Source: an uncultured Terracidiphilus sp. (GTDB lineage Bacteria > Acidobacteriota > Terriglobia > Terriglobales > Acidobacteriaceae). From it: DNA of 64,000 nucleotides. Both the position numbers and the translations under genes were made by a program. The notes under the pieces are model-generated. The model made no database searches. It saw only the letters and a list, made by a program, of their open reading frames with translations, and was not told the origin of the DNA. Positions 18,052 to 26,760 of the stretch are shown one piece after another (within the stretch, counting starts at the first letter, position 1; each line of letters begins with the position of its first letter). The stretch lies in the NCBI GenBank assembly GCA_964487345.1, contig CAZAQN010000012.1:26822-90821 (forward strand), given 5' to 3'.

Positions 18052-19551
18052 ATGCCTCTGCCGTTATTATTCTCAGTGAGGAACATGAACCTGCTTTCCG
18101 ATTCACGGCGGATCTTTCACTGGTTCATGGCTACTCTAACCGCGGTCGGATCCACGATTCTCCTGGTATCGACGGGGGTCAACTCGACGACTGCGGGGAT
18201 GGTCTTCCTCGTTCTTGTGGTTTGGTCTGCTTCCCAGGCGGGGATTTGGACATCTCTCTATGCGGCGGTTCTATTCGCAGCCTCATTCGATTTCTTTTTC
18301 CTGCCTCCCACGCATACTTTTCGAATTGACGGCATCCAGCAGTGGGTCGCTTTGATTTCGTTTTTGGCCAGTTGCGTTGTCGCAGGCAGGCTGGCCGAAC
18401 GTGCGCGTCGCAAGACGCAAGAGGCTGAGCAGCGCCGCGAAGACGTAGAACGCCTCTACACGCTGAGCCAGGAGATGATGCTTTACGAAGACGCCGCAGG
18501 GCTGATGGCCGAAATGCCGGCAATGATTCACCGCATTTTCGCGCTGGATGGCGTTGTCTTATATTCGCGCGATGAGGATCATTTTTTTTCTTCGACCTCC
18601 GATTTGCCTATGAGTATTCAGGCAAGCCTGAGCTCAGTGAGCATGGGGCTGAGCCCCACGCACGCGTTGCTGGGAGAAATTACTGCGATGCCGTTGGTGA
18701 TGGGGATGCGGCCCGTGGGTGCATTGGGATGGCGGCCCGCGATTCTGTCTCGCGAGATAGCTAACGCGGTCACCGCACAAGCAGCGATAGCGATGACACG
18801 CGCGGTTGCTATTGAAGCATCGGCGCGCCTCGAGGCAGCGCGCGAGGGTGAACGGTTGAGGACTGCACTCATTGATTCAATCACCCACGAATTGCGCACG
18901 CCGCTGACTTCGATTCGGGCCGCGGCCACAACTCTCTTGCAGGGGGAGGGGCTGGATGAGGCGGCCCAGCAGGAACTGGCGGCAATTGTGGACGAGGAAA
19001 GCTCGCGGCTCGACGCTCTCATCGGCGAGGCAGTTGAGATGGCCGAAATCGACGCCCATGTTCTACAAGTACACGCAGTACCGCAGCACGCGCGCTTGCT
19101 TCTTGAACGCGCAGTGGAGAAGTCGCAGACAGTTCTCGCTTCTCATCATGTGGTCATCGGCGTCGAGGAGCCAGATACCCCGGCGTGGTTCGATCCGCAA
19201 CTGCTGGGCCGAGTGCTTCGGCATCTGCTCGAAAATGCTGCGCGCTATTGCCCGCCTGGAAGCCGCATTGCTTTGCGCAGCCGCCGCGTTGGAGACAGGC
19301 TCGAATTCAGTGTGGAGGATAATGGCCCCGGCATTGACCCCGTCGATTTGCCGCTGATCTTCGAGAAGTTCTATCGAGGAAAGAAGAGCGCAGGGAAAGG
19401 CACCGGCATGGGCCTGGCGATCGCGCGTGCGATCGTTTCCGTGCATGGCGGGTACATCGAAGCGACGAGTTCACCTGCGGAAGGAACGGTGTTTCGTTTC
19501 TGGGTGCCGCTGGTGGAGAAAGAGGAACAGGGAACAGGGAATAGGGAATAG
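18052..19551 (+). CDS. sensor histidine kinase, KdpD C-terminal-half-like (DUF4118 membrane domain, GAF-like region, HisKA, HATPase)
   Basis: The membrane block ends in ...FDFFFLPPTHTFRI (DUF4118-like). H-box SITHELRTPLTSI and G-boxes DNGPGI / GTGMGLAI are present. The ORF part upstream of 18052 is antisense to kdpE, so the start is taken at ATG 18052 (alternatives GTG 18076, ATG 18085). Confidence 0.85.
   Translation: MPLPLLFSVRNMNLLSDSRRIFHWFMATLTAVGSTILLVSTGVNSTTAGMVFLVLVVWSASQAGIWTSLYAAVLFAASFDFFFLPPTHTFRIDGIQQWVALISFLASCVVAGRLAERARRKTQEAEQRREDVERLYTLSQEMMLYEDAAGLMAEMPAMIHRIFALDGVVLYSRDEDHFFSSTSDLPMSIQASLSSVSMGLSPTHALLGEITAMPLVMGMRPVGALGWRPAILSREIANAVTAQAAIAMTRAVAIEASARLEAAREGERLRTALIDSITHELRTPLTSIRAAATTLLQGEGLDEAAQQELAAIVDEESSRLDALIGEAVEMAEIDAHVLQVHAVPQHARLLLERAVEKSQTVLASHHVVIGVEEPDTPAWFDPQLLGRVLRHLLENAARYCPPGSRIALRSRRVGDRLEFSVEDNGPGIDPVDLPLIFEKFYRGKKSAGKGTGMGLAIARAIVSVHGGYIEATSSPAEGTVFRFWVPLVEKEEQGTGNRE
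19523..19550 (+). repeat. tandem heptamer array (GGAAYAG)x4
   Basis: Reads ggaacag ggaacag ggaatag ggaatag, immediately before the kinase stop codon. It encodes the non-conserved tail ...EEQGTGNRE. The same heptamer family occurs inverted at 62767..62794. Confidence 0.85.
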
Positions 19552-19567
19552 GTGTCAGGCGAATCGC

Positions 19568-20626
19568 CTAGCTCGGTTCGGCGCTCCAGTCGCATTCAAT
19601 ATCGCGATGTGTCTTCGCGCTTTCGAGAGCCCATTCGAGCACCCGCGCCGTGCGCCACGCATCGACGGCGGCCACGGGCGGGCTCCCTTTGCCAAGCAGG
19701 GCATCGCGAACTCCGGTGTAGAAGAGCCGATAATCGCCGGGAACGGGTTCCACGGGTTGCGTTACCATGCTGCCGTTGGTGTCGCCACAGAATTTGCCCC
19801 AATGGGCGGGCGGTTCCTTACCCCATTCCGGCGACTCGATGCGGGTGATTTTGCCGAGTGCTTCTTCCTGCAAGTCCTGGCCCCATTTCCAATAGTTTCC
19901 TTTGGTGCCGCGGAGGTGAAAGCGGGGCCGAGCCAGCGATGAAAGCGAGTTCGCACTCAACGTGACCGAAGCGCCTGTAAGGTAGTGGAGACGCAGCGTG
20001 AACGCGTCGTTCGCGCCTTCGCCATCGCGTTCGCGCAGCACTTCGGCGCCCAGGGATTCTGGCGGACCAAAGAGCGTGAGCGCTTGATCGACGAGATGGG
20101 TACCAAGGTCGAGAAGAATGCCACCCTGTTCCGGGTCGTCTTTCCACTCCCGAGTTGACGGTCCGGGCCGCCAGCGGTCTAAGGTGGATTCAAAGTGGAC
20201 AAGCTGGCCGAGAGATTTCTCATGCAATACTTTCTGAATTGTCTGAAAATCGCTGTCCCAGCGGCGATTATGGAACGGAATGTACTGGATGCCGATACCG
20301 CCGGCTAGCTGCAGCAACTGGGAGATTTGCGCCGACGAGACAGCTGCCGGTTTGTCGACCACGACATTCTTGGCTGCTTCGAGAGCTTGCAAGGCGAAGT
20401 CGTAATGCGTGGCGTTCGGCGTGGCGACGACGACGAGCTTGATCGACGAATCAGCCAGCAATTCATCGAGGGTGCGGTAGGTTGTGATGCCGGGATAGCG
20501 TTGCGAGGCATTGTCGGAATTGCGCTCAACGATGGCTGCGAGCTCCAATCCTTCGACCGAAGAGATGATCGGCGCATGAAAGACGCGCCCTGCCATGCCA
20601 AATCCAACCAGCCCGACTCGAATCAT
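19568..20626 (-). CDS. Gfo/Idh/MocA family oxidoreductase
   Basis: N-terminal Rossmann motif MIRVGLVGFGMAGRVFH. ATG 20624-20626 is preceded by AGGAGA. Confidence 0.85.
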   Translation of the reverse strand: MIRVGLVGFGMAGRVFHAPIISSVEGLELAAIVERNSDNASQRYPGITTYRTLDELLADSSIKLVVVATPNATHYDFALQALEAAKNVVVDKPAAVSSAQISQLLQLAGGIGIQYIPFHNRRWDSDFQTIQKVLHEKSLGQLVHFESTLDRWRPGPSTREWKDDPEQGGILLDLGTHLVDQALTLFGPPESLGAEVLRERDGEGANDAFTLRLHYLTGASVTLSANSLSSLARPRFHLRGTKGNYWKWGQDLQEEALGKITRIESPEWGKEPPAHWGKFCGDTNGSMVTQPVEPVPGDYRLFYTGVRDALLGKGSPPVAAVDAWRTARVLEWALESAKTHRDIECDWSAEPS

Positions 20627-20783
20627 TGATTCTCCTGTATTAGCCGCGGCATTTATTTGTCCGGCGCGATTACGGCATTTTAGGAATACAAAAGGAATCT
20701 TCGCGTACAACCGGGTCGCCGCTCTCTGCTGGTCGCGTCGACTTTGCTGTTCAGGCTTCGAGACACAGCATTCCTAAAATGCG

Positions 20784-22526
20784 TTAGCCTTCGAGTTTAT
20801 ATCGCGTTTCCGCGAGCCGATAGAGCCTGCGCCAAACCAGCCTATTCATGGTAACCACCATCAGCGAGATAAAAATCGTGGCTAGTAGCAGGACGGGAAA
20901 GCGGCCGCTGTCGGTGGCAGCATCGATTTGCGCGCCAAGGCCGATGGTTTGAAGGGTTCGGCCAGGCATACGGGAGTACTCGGCGAAGACCGAGGCGTTC
21001 CACGCGCCGCCCGATGCGGTGACCATACCGGTGATGAGATAGGGAAAAATGCCGGGGAGAATCAGCCGGGTCCACCGCTGCCAGCGAGTGAAGCGGTAGA
21101 GCGAAGAGACTTCGCGCAGGTCCGACGGGATCGACATGGCTCCAGCAATCACGTTGAAGAGGATGTACCACTGCGTGCCGAGGAGCATCAGTGCGATGGA
21201 GCCGATGCCGAGGCCGCCGCCGATTTTTACAAGACCGATGAGCAGGATGGGGAAGAAAGCCGTGGCCGGGACCGAAGCCAGAATTTGCGCAAGGGGCTGA
21301 ATGAAGCGCGCGATTTTAGGATTGAAACCGATGGCGACGCCGACGGGGATGGTCCACAGGGCAGAGATGAGCAGGGCGGCGTTCACGCGGAGAAAGGTGG
21401 CTACCGCGCCCTCGAGCAGCAGCTTTAATTCGGGCCAGGTGACGGTTCGCAGCATAAGGACCGCTTGCAGGGCCCCCCAGCCCACGACGGTGAGGGCCAG
21501 GATGGCAATCGTCCAGAGTGCCGGTGACGCTGAATTGCGGGAGGGCCCTTCGTCGAGCGGATGCACGACTCGGGCTTCCTTTGTGTGGGCGAATCGGCGA
21601 TACATAGGCTCTTCGATGCGGGACCAAAGCTGGCCCGGCAAGGAAGTGAACAGAGACGAACGTTGAAGCAAAGTCAGGATCGGCGAAGTTACGCGATCGG
21701 CCGACTCAACCTGCTCAAACTTGAATTTGTCGCTCCAGGCAATCAGCGGCCTCCACGCCAGTTGATCGGTGGCAACCACGATGAGAATTACGACCGCGAA
21801 TCCTGCCTCGAGTGCGTGGATGTCACCGGAATCGGCTGCTGTTTGCAGATAACTGCCAAGGCCTGGCAGCTGAAAATTGCGCGTGCCCATGGTGAACATC
21901 TCGCAGGCCATCAAGGCAAACCAACCTCCCGCGACCGAGACGATGGAGTTCCAGACCAGACCGATCGCGGAGTAGGGCATCTCGAGCTGCCAGAAGCGCT
22001 GCCAGGCCGAGTAGCGGTAGATGCGCGACGCCTCCAACATCTCGCGCGGGATGCTCTTGAGCGAGGAGTAGAAACTGAAGGCGAGATTCCAGACCTGGCC
22101 GGTGAAGATGAGCAGGATGACGCCCATCTCGATACCCATCTGATGACTGGGAATGAGCGCGACCATGGCCAGTACAACAGGAGGCAAAAAGCTGAGCACG
22201 GGGATCGATTGCAGAATGTCGAGAACGGCGATCATCCACGCTTCGATGCGCGGATTGTAGGCCGCTGTGTAGCCATAGGTGATGGCAAAGGTCAGGCTGA
22301 GAAGGTAAGCAATGCCGATGCGCACGATGGAGTAGAAGGCATACGCGGGCAGGGCGCCGATGGAGTGCGAAATTGGTACGACGGGGACGGGCTTGCCCAG
22401 CCAGTACGTGCCGGTGCTAATGACAGCGAAAAAGACAGCCAATGCGCAGGCGGCCACGCCGACATCGATGACGAAAGGCCAGGTGCGCGCGGTGACCAGG
22501 GTTCGCGCAAGCGGATGAAGCTTCAC
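20784..22526 (-). CDS. ABC transporter permease, fused double-permease (NitT/TauT-like)
   Basis: 580 aa with two repeated polytopic halves. 4-nt overlap with the upstream ATPase gene. Confidence 0.8.
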   Translation of the reverse strand: MKLHPLARTLVTARTWPFVIDVGVAACALAVFFAVISTGTYWLGKPVPVVPISHSIGALPAYAFYSIVRIGIAYLLSLTFAITYGYTAAYNPRIEAWMIAVLDILQSIPVLSFLPPVVLAMVALIPSHQMGIEMGVILLIFTGQVWNLAFSFYSSLKSIPREMLEASRIYRYSAWQRFWQLEMPYSAIGLVWNSIVSVAGGWFALMACEMFTMGTRNFQLPGLGSYLQTAADSGDIHALEAGFAVVILIVVATDQLAWRPLIAWSDKFKFEQVESADRVTSPILTLLQRSSLFTSLPGQLWSRIEEPMYRRFAHTKEARVVHPLDEGPSRNSASPALWTIAILALTVVGWGALQAVLMLRTVTWPELKLLLEGAVATFLRVNAALLISALWTIPVGVAIGFNPKIARFIQPLAQILASVPATAFFPILLIGLVKIGGGLGIGSIALMLLGTQWYILFNVIAGAMSIPSDLREVSSLYRFTRWQRWTRLILPGIFPYLITGMVTASGGAWNASVFAEYSRMPGRTLQTIGLGAQIDAATDSGRFPVLLLATIFISLMVVTMNRLVWRRLYRLAETRYKLEG

Positions 22527-23905
22527 TGGACTTCCTCGTTGGCAGCGGTTTCCTCCAGCGCGTCGGGCATGACAAAGCGCCGGCGTGCGGCGTCGAAATC
22601 GAAGAGTTCGGCGTAACGGCCCCAGTTAATGGCGGTCTCCATCTGGCGCCGCGATTCTTCCTCGCTGAATTGTTCGTCGATCATGTCGAGGAAGAAGTCT
22701 TCCGGCACGGTATGGTCGCTCTTTGATTCAAGCGCGCGCCGGATTTGCCGCAGCAGCAAGATATGTTCGATGGCCGCGTCGCGGAAAAGCTCTTTCTGGC
22801 GCAGGATCTCGGAGTTGGCGAATTCGGCGCCTTTTTCGGTGATGGACGCGTCGCCTTCCTCGATTTTTAAGAAGCCCAGCAACTGCGCGGCGTCCACGAT
22901 GGGCAACAGGTCATCGATCTCGAAGGCAAGATCGTCGGCCAAGCGGTAGATGTCGTCGCGGCCGCCTTTGTCGAGCAGCAGTTCGAGTAACCCCGCAATG
23001 CCTCCCGGTCGCGCATGGGGCAGCATCTGGTAGTGCATCTGGCGCTGATCGCGCGGGCGCGGGCCGGGGTGCTGATGATCGGGAGCTGCGACTGGAGCGA
23101 CGTCGGGCCGCGTCAACACCTTGTAGATGTAGTCGACGAGCTGCGTAAAGGGCTCGGATTTCCGGTCGCGGGGCTGCGGGATCTGGACGCGAAAATCGGT
23201 GCGGATGTGGCCCGGATTGCGGCCGAGGACGATGATGCGGTCGGCGAGCAGGACGGCTTCTTCGATGTTATGGGTCACAATGAAGACCGACTTCGTGGGC
23301 ATTGTCTTCTTCTCCCACAGCTCGAGAAGCTCGCTGCGCAGGTTCTCTGCGGTCAGCACGTCGAGAGCCGAGAAGGGTTCGTCCATGAAGAGCACTTCGG
23401 GCTCGACAACCAGCGCCCGGGCAAAGCCGACACGTTGCCGCATGCCGCCGGAGAGCTCTTTGGGATAGGCTGACTCGAATCCGTCCAAGCCGACCGTGTC
23501 GATCATCTTCATGCTGCGTTCGTGGCGCTCGGCAGGGGCTATGCCGCGCGCCTGCAGAGGGGCCTCGACGTTTTCAAGCACCGTCATCCACGGGAAGAGC
23601 GCAAAGCTCTGGAAGACGATCGAGACGTTAATCTCCGCATCGGCGATGGGTTTCTCGTGCCAGTACACTTGCCCTGCCGAAGGAACAGAAAGACCTGTGA
23701 GCATACGCAGCATGGTCGATTTGCCCGAACCCGATGGTCCCAGAAGAGCGACAATTTCGCCGGGCACGATGCTCAGATCGGTAGCCGAGATGACTTGGAT
23801 CCGATTCTCGCTGGGCTGGGCGTAGTATTTTTCAATTTGTTCGGCGCGGATGATGGCTTCGGTTTTCACGCTTTCCGGGGGGCTCTGGATGGCCACTTCC
23901 TGCAT
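22523..23905 (-). CDS. ABC transporter ATP-binding protein with C-terminal AAA-associated extension
   Basis: Walker A GPSGSGKST, signature LSGGMRQRV, Walker B LFMDEPFSALD. About 200 extra C-terminal residues. Confidence 0.9.
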   Translation of the reverse strand: MQEVAIQSPPESVKTEAIIRAEQIEKYYAQPSENRIQVISATDLSIVPGEIVALLGPSGSGKSTMLRMLTGLSVPSAGQVYWHEKPIADAEINVSIVFQSFALFPWMTVLENVEAPLQARGIAPAERHERSMKMIDTVGLDGFESAYPKELSGGMRQRVGFARALVVEPEVLFMDEPFSALDVLTAENLRSELLELWEKKTMPTKSVFIVTHNIEEAVLLADRIIVLGRNPGHIRTDFRVQIPQPRDRKSEPFTQLVDYIYKVLTRPDVAPVAAPDHQHPGPRPRDQRQMHYQMLPHARPGGIAGLLELLLDKGGRDDIYRLADDLAFEIDDLLPIVDAAQLLGFLKIEEGDASITEKGAEFANSEILRQKELFRDAAIEHILLLRQIRRALESKSDHTVPEDFFLDMIDEQFSEEESRRQMETAINWGRYAELFDFDAARRRFVMPDALEETAANEEVQ

Positions 23906-24310
23906 GCAAAGGTCTCCGATTCAGGGTCCGCGCGCTGCGAATGCGGGTTGGTTGTGTTGCAAGTTTATGATTGGCGGGTTTCTGGCAGATGAATCCGGCG
24001 ATTGTTTGCATCAAACATCAAGAGGAGACAGGTTTCAAGTCGTTGCGGCGTTTTCGGAGTAGTTTTCGACCCAGGTCCGGAGCCTGGGGGGTGTCTCGGC
24101 TTCTGGGTGCGAAATCGTGCCACCGTTTGCTCCGAACCCATGGCGCTTGTCTGTCTGGAAACGCCGTAAGGATGGCGCCCGCCAGAGGGTATCATCTAAA
24201 AAGGAGAGTTGCGAACGTGGTTCGATCCCTGGCCCCTCCCGAGCCGCGTAGGTCGCCGCGACTCAAGAAGCAGCGCAATCGCAAAAGCAGCATTCAGCGT
24301 CTAGGAGAGT

Positions 24311-24682
24311 ATGCACGAAAATCGCATCAAACCCAAGGTTCTCGTTGTGGACGATGAACGTGTCATCGCAGATACGCTGGCGATGATCCTTAACCAAAGC
24401 GGCTTCGATGCACGCGCTGTTTATTCCGGCGAGAAGGCAGTGGACTTGGCGTCCACGTTTGCTCCGGACATGCTCATCACCGACGTCATCATGGCCGATC
24501 TGAATGGCATTGATGCGGCAATCATGATTCGATCGATCCTTCCCAAAATCAAAATCCTCCTCTTTTCCGGACAGGCTGCAACGGCCGATCTGCTGGAAAA
24601 GGCGCGGGCGAAGGGGTACGAGTTCGAAATCCTGGCGAAGCCCGTCCATCCCCAGGATCTGCTAAGCAGACTGCAGGCATAA
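24311..24682 (+). CDS. single-domain response regulator (CheY-like)
   Basis: Canonical receiver residues are present: VLVVDDE, MLITDVIM (acceptor Asp), LFSGQ, LAKPV. Confidence 0.85.
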   Translation: MHENRIKPKVLVVDDERVIADTLAMILNQSGFDARAVYSGEKAVDLASTFAPDMLITDVIMADLNGIDAAIMIRSILPKIKILLFSGQAATADLLEKARAKGYEFEILAKPVHPQDLLSRLQA

Positions 24683-24707
24683 ATTGCGCAGGCAAAGGCT
24701 GCCGCGA

Positions 24708-25307
24708 TTAGAGATCGCGACGGCCTTCGAGCGCACGCGCCATGGTTACCTCGTCGGCATACTCGATATCGCTGCCCGCGGGTACGCCGGTGGCGATGCG
24801 CGATAGCCGCACCGGGGACCCTCGCAGGGTGCCGGCCAGCCAGTTGGCAGTCGCTTCGCCCTCAAGCGTTGGGCTGGTGGCAAGGATGACTTCGTCGATT
24901 TCGCCGCGCTCCACCCGCTGCACCAACGTCTTGGTGCGTAATTGATCGGGCCCGACCCCATGCAGCGGCGACAGCGTTCCGTGCAGCACGTGATACACGC
25001 CGTTGTAGCCGCGTGTGCGCTCCACAGCTTCGATGTTCGTTGGTTCCTCGACCACGCACACCAGGCGCTGATTGCGCGTTGGACTGGCGCAGTACGCACA
25101 CGGATCCACATCGGTAATGTTGTTGCAGATTGAGCAGAGGCGCAGGTTTTCCTTGAGCCCGCGCACGGCCTCGGCCAGCGCCGCCGCGTCTTCGTCGGTG
25201 GAGCGCAGAATGTGGAAGGCGAACCGCTGTGCGGATTTTGTGCCGACCCCGGGCAGCTTCTTCAGTTCCTCAATCAGCCGCGCCATTGGCTCGGCATACC
25301 GTGACAC
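24708..25307 (-). CDS. recR: recombination protein RecR
   Basis: HhH N-terminus (LIEELKKLPGVGTKSAQR), C4 zinc finger (CSICNNITDVDPCAYC), and a Toprim region. Confidence 0.95.
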   Translation of the reverse strand: MSRYAEPMARLIEELKKLPGVGTKSAQRFAFHILRSTDEDAAALAEAVRGLKENLRLCSICNNITDVDPCAYCASPTRNQRLVCVVEEPTNIEAVERTRGYNGVYHVLHGTLSPLHGVGPDQLRTKTLVQRVERGEIDEVILATSPTLEGEATANWLAGTLRGSPVRLSRIATGVPAGSDIEYADEVTMARALEGRRDL

Positions 25308-25417
25308 GTTTCAGCCTCCCGAAGAACGGACTCTATTCCAAGTTTATTGGGTTCCTTCATTGGGGCCGAATGTCGCCGCAATGGTGCGGCACTCGACATG
25401 GATGGGTCGCCGGGCAG

Positions 25418-26368
25418 CTACAAGGTGCGATAGACGATTCCGGTGAATGCATCTCCGCCGAACGCGCCTTTGCCCCAGGCGGGGTCGAAGTCTGCAGTCG
25501 GCTTTTTTGCAATGGCTTCCTGCTCACTCGCCCCGGAGGCTTTGAGAGCGGCCACCTTGTCGCGAACGGAGGAGAGCATGTCGTGGTACTTCTGGAGGTC
25601 GGCTTTTGAACCCAATGGGCCGTGGCCGGGGATGATCTTTGTGTTGTTGTCCGCGACCGCAAGCGCCTTCTCTGACGCGTGGATCATTCCGCCAATGACG
25701 CCTCCGGTGGCTTCGTCGATGAAGGGATACATGCCGTTGAACCAGATGTCGCCGACATGCAGAACATTGGCATTGTGGAAGTGAATGTAGATGTCGGTAT
25801 CGGTGTGCGCCGGGTCGAAGTGAACCAGATCGAGCGAGTCGCCATTGTGCCAGACATGCAGGGAATCGTCGAAGGTGATCGAGGGCAGAGCGCCGGAGGG
25901 CGAGGCGGGCATGACGAGGTGAAAGAACGAAATGGTTTGGGCCGTGGACATGCGCTCGCGCGTGTTCCGGTGGGCGTAGACAGTGAATCCGGCGGCGTGC
26001 AGGCCCTCGTTGCCGTCGGTGTGGTCGTAATGCCAGTGGGTGTTGATGAGCGCGTCCTGAGCGTCGTGGCTGACTGCGGCGATGGCCTCCCGCACTTTGG
26101 GGACGGAGGTCGAGAAGCTGGAGTCGATGAGGATGTTGCCTTCCGCACCCGTCTGGAGAGCCATATTGCCGCCGAAGCCTTGCAGCAGATAGACGTTGTC
26201 GTAGAGTTTGGTTGTCGTGATCGGCGTTTTCAATGCGAGGTCACGCCCCTGCAGAACACGGTCAGGAAGGGGCGCGGCCTGGGCTTGCGTCCAGCGCGGA
26301 ATTATGGCCGCGGCGCCTGCTATCGCGCCCATTCGCAGAAAGCTTCTGCGATCGATTGTATCGAGCAT
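25418..26368 (-). CDS. MBL-fold metallo-hydrolase, Tat-exported
   Basis: Twin-arginine signal DRRSFLRMGAIAGAAA. Metallo-beta-lactamase motif HWHYDHTDG. Confidence 0.85.
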   Translation of the reverse strand: MLDTIDRRSFLRMGAIAGAAAIIPRWTQAQAAPLPDRVLQGRDLALKTPITTTKLYDNVYLLQGFGGNMALQTGAEGNILIDSSFSTSVPKVREAIAAVSHDAQDALINTHWHYDHTDGNEGLHAAGFTVYAHRNTRERMSTAQTISFFHLVMPASPSGALPSITFDDSLHVWHNGDSLDLVHFDPAHTDTDIYIHFHNANVLHVGDIWFNGMYPFIDEATGGVIGGMIHASEKALAVADNNTKIIPGHGPLGSKADLQKYHDMLSSVRDKVAALKASGASEQEAIAKKPTADFDPAWGKGAFGGDAFTGIVYRTL

Positions 26369-26402
26369 CGTCTCGTCTCCCTGAGGTTACAAATGAAACA
26401 AA

Positions 26403-26729
26403 TCAGCCGAGGCCCGGCAATTTGAGGCCGCCCAGTATGCCTTGCACGCTGGATTGAATCGCCGCGTCGGCTTTGCGCCCCGCATCGTTTACCGCGGCCA
26501 CAACCAAGTCTTCCAGCATTTCCACATCCGGCTGCCCGCCGGTCAGACTGAGCGCGGCCGATGGCTCAATGTGAAGCTTCAGCAGTTCTTTCTTTCCGTT
26601 CATGGTCACGGCCACCGCGCCGCCACCCGCTGTCCCTTCCACGACAGTCTGAGCGAGCTTGCGCTGCATCTCTTCCTGCATCTGGTTAGCCTGCGAAAGC
26701 ATCTCAGGGATTTTCAGCGGGTTGATCAT
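26403..26729 (-). CDS. ybaB: YbaB/EbfC family nucleoid-associated protein
   Basis: MINPLKIPEMLSQANQMQEEMQRKL...GGGAVAVTMNGKKELLKLHIEP is the YbaB signature. ATG 26727-26729 is preceded by AGGAGG. The longer ORF is an upstream read-in. Confidence 0.9.
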   Translation of the reverse strand: MINPLKIPEMLSQANQMQEEMQRKLAQTVVEGTAGGGAVAVTMNGKKELLKLHIEPSAALSLTGGQPDVEMLEDLVVAAVNDAGRKADAAIQSSVQGILGGLKLPGLG

Positions 26730-26760
26730 TGTGCCTCCTTGCGGATCGCTACTCTGCTTG

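Noticed and set aside
24205-24245. tRNA/tmRNA-like T-loop sequence GGTTCGATCCC
   Set aside because: The flanking bases (cgtgg / cctgg) form only 2 of 5 T-stem pairs. I could not build an acceptor or anticodon arm around it.
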